From: Mobula hypostoma
Taxonomy: Eukaryota
DNA length: 64,000 bases
Assembly (NCBI RefSeq): GCF_963921235.1
Contig: NC_086108.1
Coordinates: 115,632,001-115,696,000 of the forward strand
Direction: 5' to 3'
The notes under the pieces were generated by a model. The model was not told the DNA's origin, did not search any database, and worked only from the letters and a program-made list of their open reading frames with translations. Shown here in pieces: positions 62,625 through 64,000 of the stretch. Position 1 is the stretch's first letter. Every line of letters begins with the position of its first letter. The position numbers and the translations under genes are program-made.

Positions 62625-63642
62625 ACATGATAAACTAGACTAAAGTCAGCATGGTTTCCTTAAGGGGAAATCTTGCCTGACAAACCTGTTGGAATTCTTT
62701 GAAGAAGTAACAGGCAGGATGGACAAAGGAAAATTTGTTGATGTTGTGTAACTGGATTTTCAGAAGGCCTTTGAAACGTTGCCACACATGAAGCTGCTTA
62801 ACAAGATAAGAACTCATGGCATTGCAGGAAAGTTACTAGCATGGATAGAAGATTGGCTGACTGGCAGGAGGAAAAGAGGGAAAATAAAACATAGAAACAA
62901 TGAAAACCTACAGCACAATACAGGCCCCTTGGCCAACAATGCTGTGCTGAACATGTAGTTAAAGGGGACCTGTTCTGACTGGCACCAGTGACAAGTGGAG
63001 ATCTGCAGTGGTCAGTGTGGAGACTGCTTCTTTACAAGTTATATGTCAACAATTTAGATGACAGAATTGATGGCTTTGCTGTCAAATTTGCAGATGAGAC
63101 AGAAGTAGGTGGGGAGGTGTATTAAGGAAGCAGGGAGCCTGCAGAAGGATTTGGACAGATTCGGAGAACAGGCAAAGAAGTGGCAGATGGAATATAGTGT
63201 AGCGTTAACATATGAAGAGTGTTTGATGGCTCTGGGCCTCACTAGAGTTTAGAAGACTGGGGGTGGGGGGAATACATTGAAACTTATTGAATATTGAAAG
63301 CCCTAAACAGTGTGGATGTGGAAAAGATGCTTCCTGGAGTGGGGGGATCTAGGACCAGAGGGTACAGACTCAGAGTTGAGGGGTGTGCATTTAGAACAGA
63401 GATTCTGAATGATTTTGTTTCAGCCTGAGGCTGGTGAATCTGTGGAATTAATTGCCACAGATGGCTGTAGAGGCCAAGTCTTTGGGTATATTTAAAATGG
63501 AGGTTGATAGGTTCTTGATTATTCAGGGCGTCAAATTTTATGAGAAGAAGGCAGGAGAATAAGATTGTGAGAGATAGTAAATCAGCCGTGATGGAATGAT
63601 GAAGCAGAATGGCCTAATTCTGCTCCTATGTATTATTGTCTT
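62625..63642 (+). mobile_element. CR1 ORF2, downstream half, to the 3' tail
   Basis: SQHGFLKGKSCLTNLLEFFEEVT...LDFQKAF...LAWIEDWL and KFADET; tail aatggcctaattctgctcctatg. Confidence 0.9.
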
Positions 63643-63683
63643 ACTAATCATGCCCCCAACATTTACATCTTATTGTTTATATG

Positions 63684-64000
63684 CACTCAATGGCTACTTT
63701 AATTGGTACATTACCTAATTAAATGTATGCTTGTGGTCTTCTGCTGCTGTAGCCCATCTACCTCAGGTTTCGATGTGCTGTGCATTCAGAGATGCTCTTC
63801 TGCACATCACTGATGCAATGCATGATTATTTGAGTTACTGTTGCTTTCCTGTGGGCTTGAAGCCGTCTGGCCATTCTCCTCTGACCCCTCTCATTAACAA
63901 GTCATTTTTGTCCACAGATTTGCTGCTGACTTGATGTTTTTTGGTTTCTTGCACCATTCTCTGTAAGCTCTAGAGACTGCTGTGCGTGAAAATCTCAGGA
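63684..64000 (-). mobile_element. Tc1/mariner-derived element, truncated by the window edge
   Basis: TIR-like cactcaatggctactttaattggtaca followed by tggtcttctgctgctgtagcccatc...tctggccattctcctctgacc...gtgcgtgaaaatc, matching my recall of fish Tc1 relics. Confidence 0.7.

Overview
Eukaryotic, repeat-saturated vertebrate DNA. The retroposon mix (V-SINE/HE1-like SINEs, CR1, L2, Rex1/Babar, Penelope, Tc1) resembles a cartilaginous fish; this is an inference. No complete protein-coding gene is visible, and nearly all ORFs in the track are repeat artefacts. Positions 1-37,668 are one uninterrupted 30-bp satellite (consensus GTGTGGAGTTTGCACGTTCTCCCTGTGACC, about 1,250 monomers, continuing past the left edge) with kb-scale higher-order duplications. 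Its monomer matches the start of the conserved V-SINE central domain, and the array ends directly on a V-SINE remnant. A strong 57-nt minus-strand internal exon lies about 250 bp from the array, which suggests the satellite is intronic. The remaining 26 kb holds decayed transposons and further minisatellites, three of which appear to have grown out of other retroposons (Deu-type SINE, CR1 tail, L2 end). It also holds Penelope copies with minimal hammerhead-ribozyme motifs. Finally there is a nested CR1 < LTR element < Penelope insertion, in which the LTR element is a miniature (171-bp internal region) derivative with a perfect 12-nt Tf1/sushi-type self-priming signature. TE family names come from my recall of consensus motifs, not from a database search, and the boundaries of decayed TEs are approximate.
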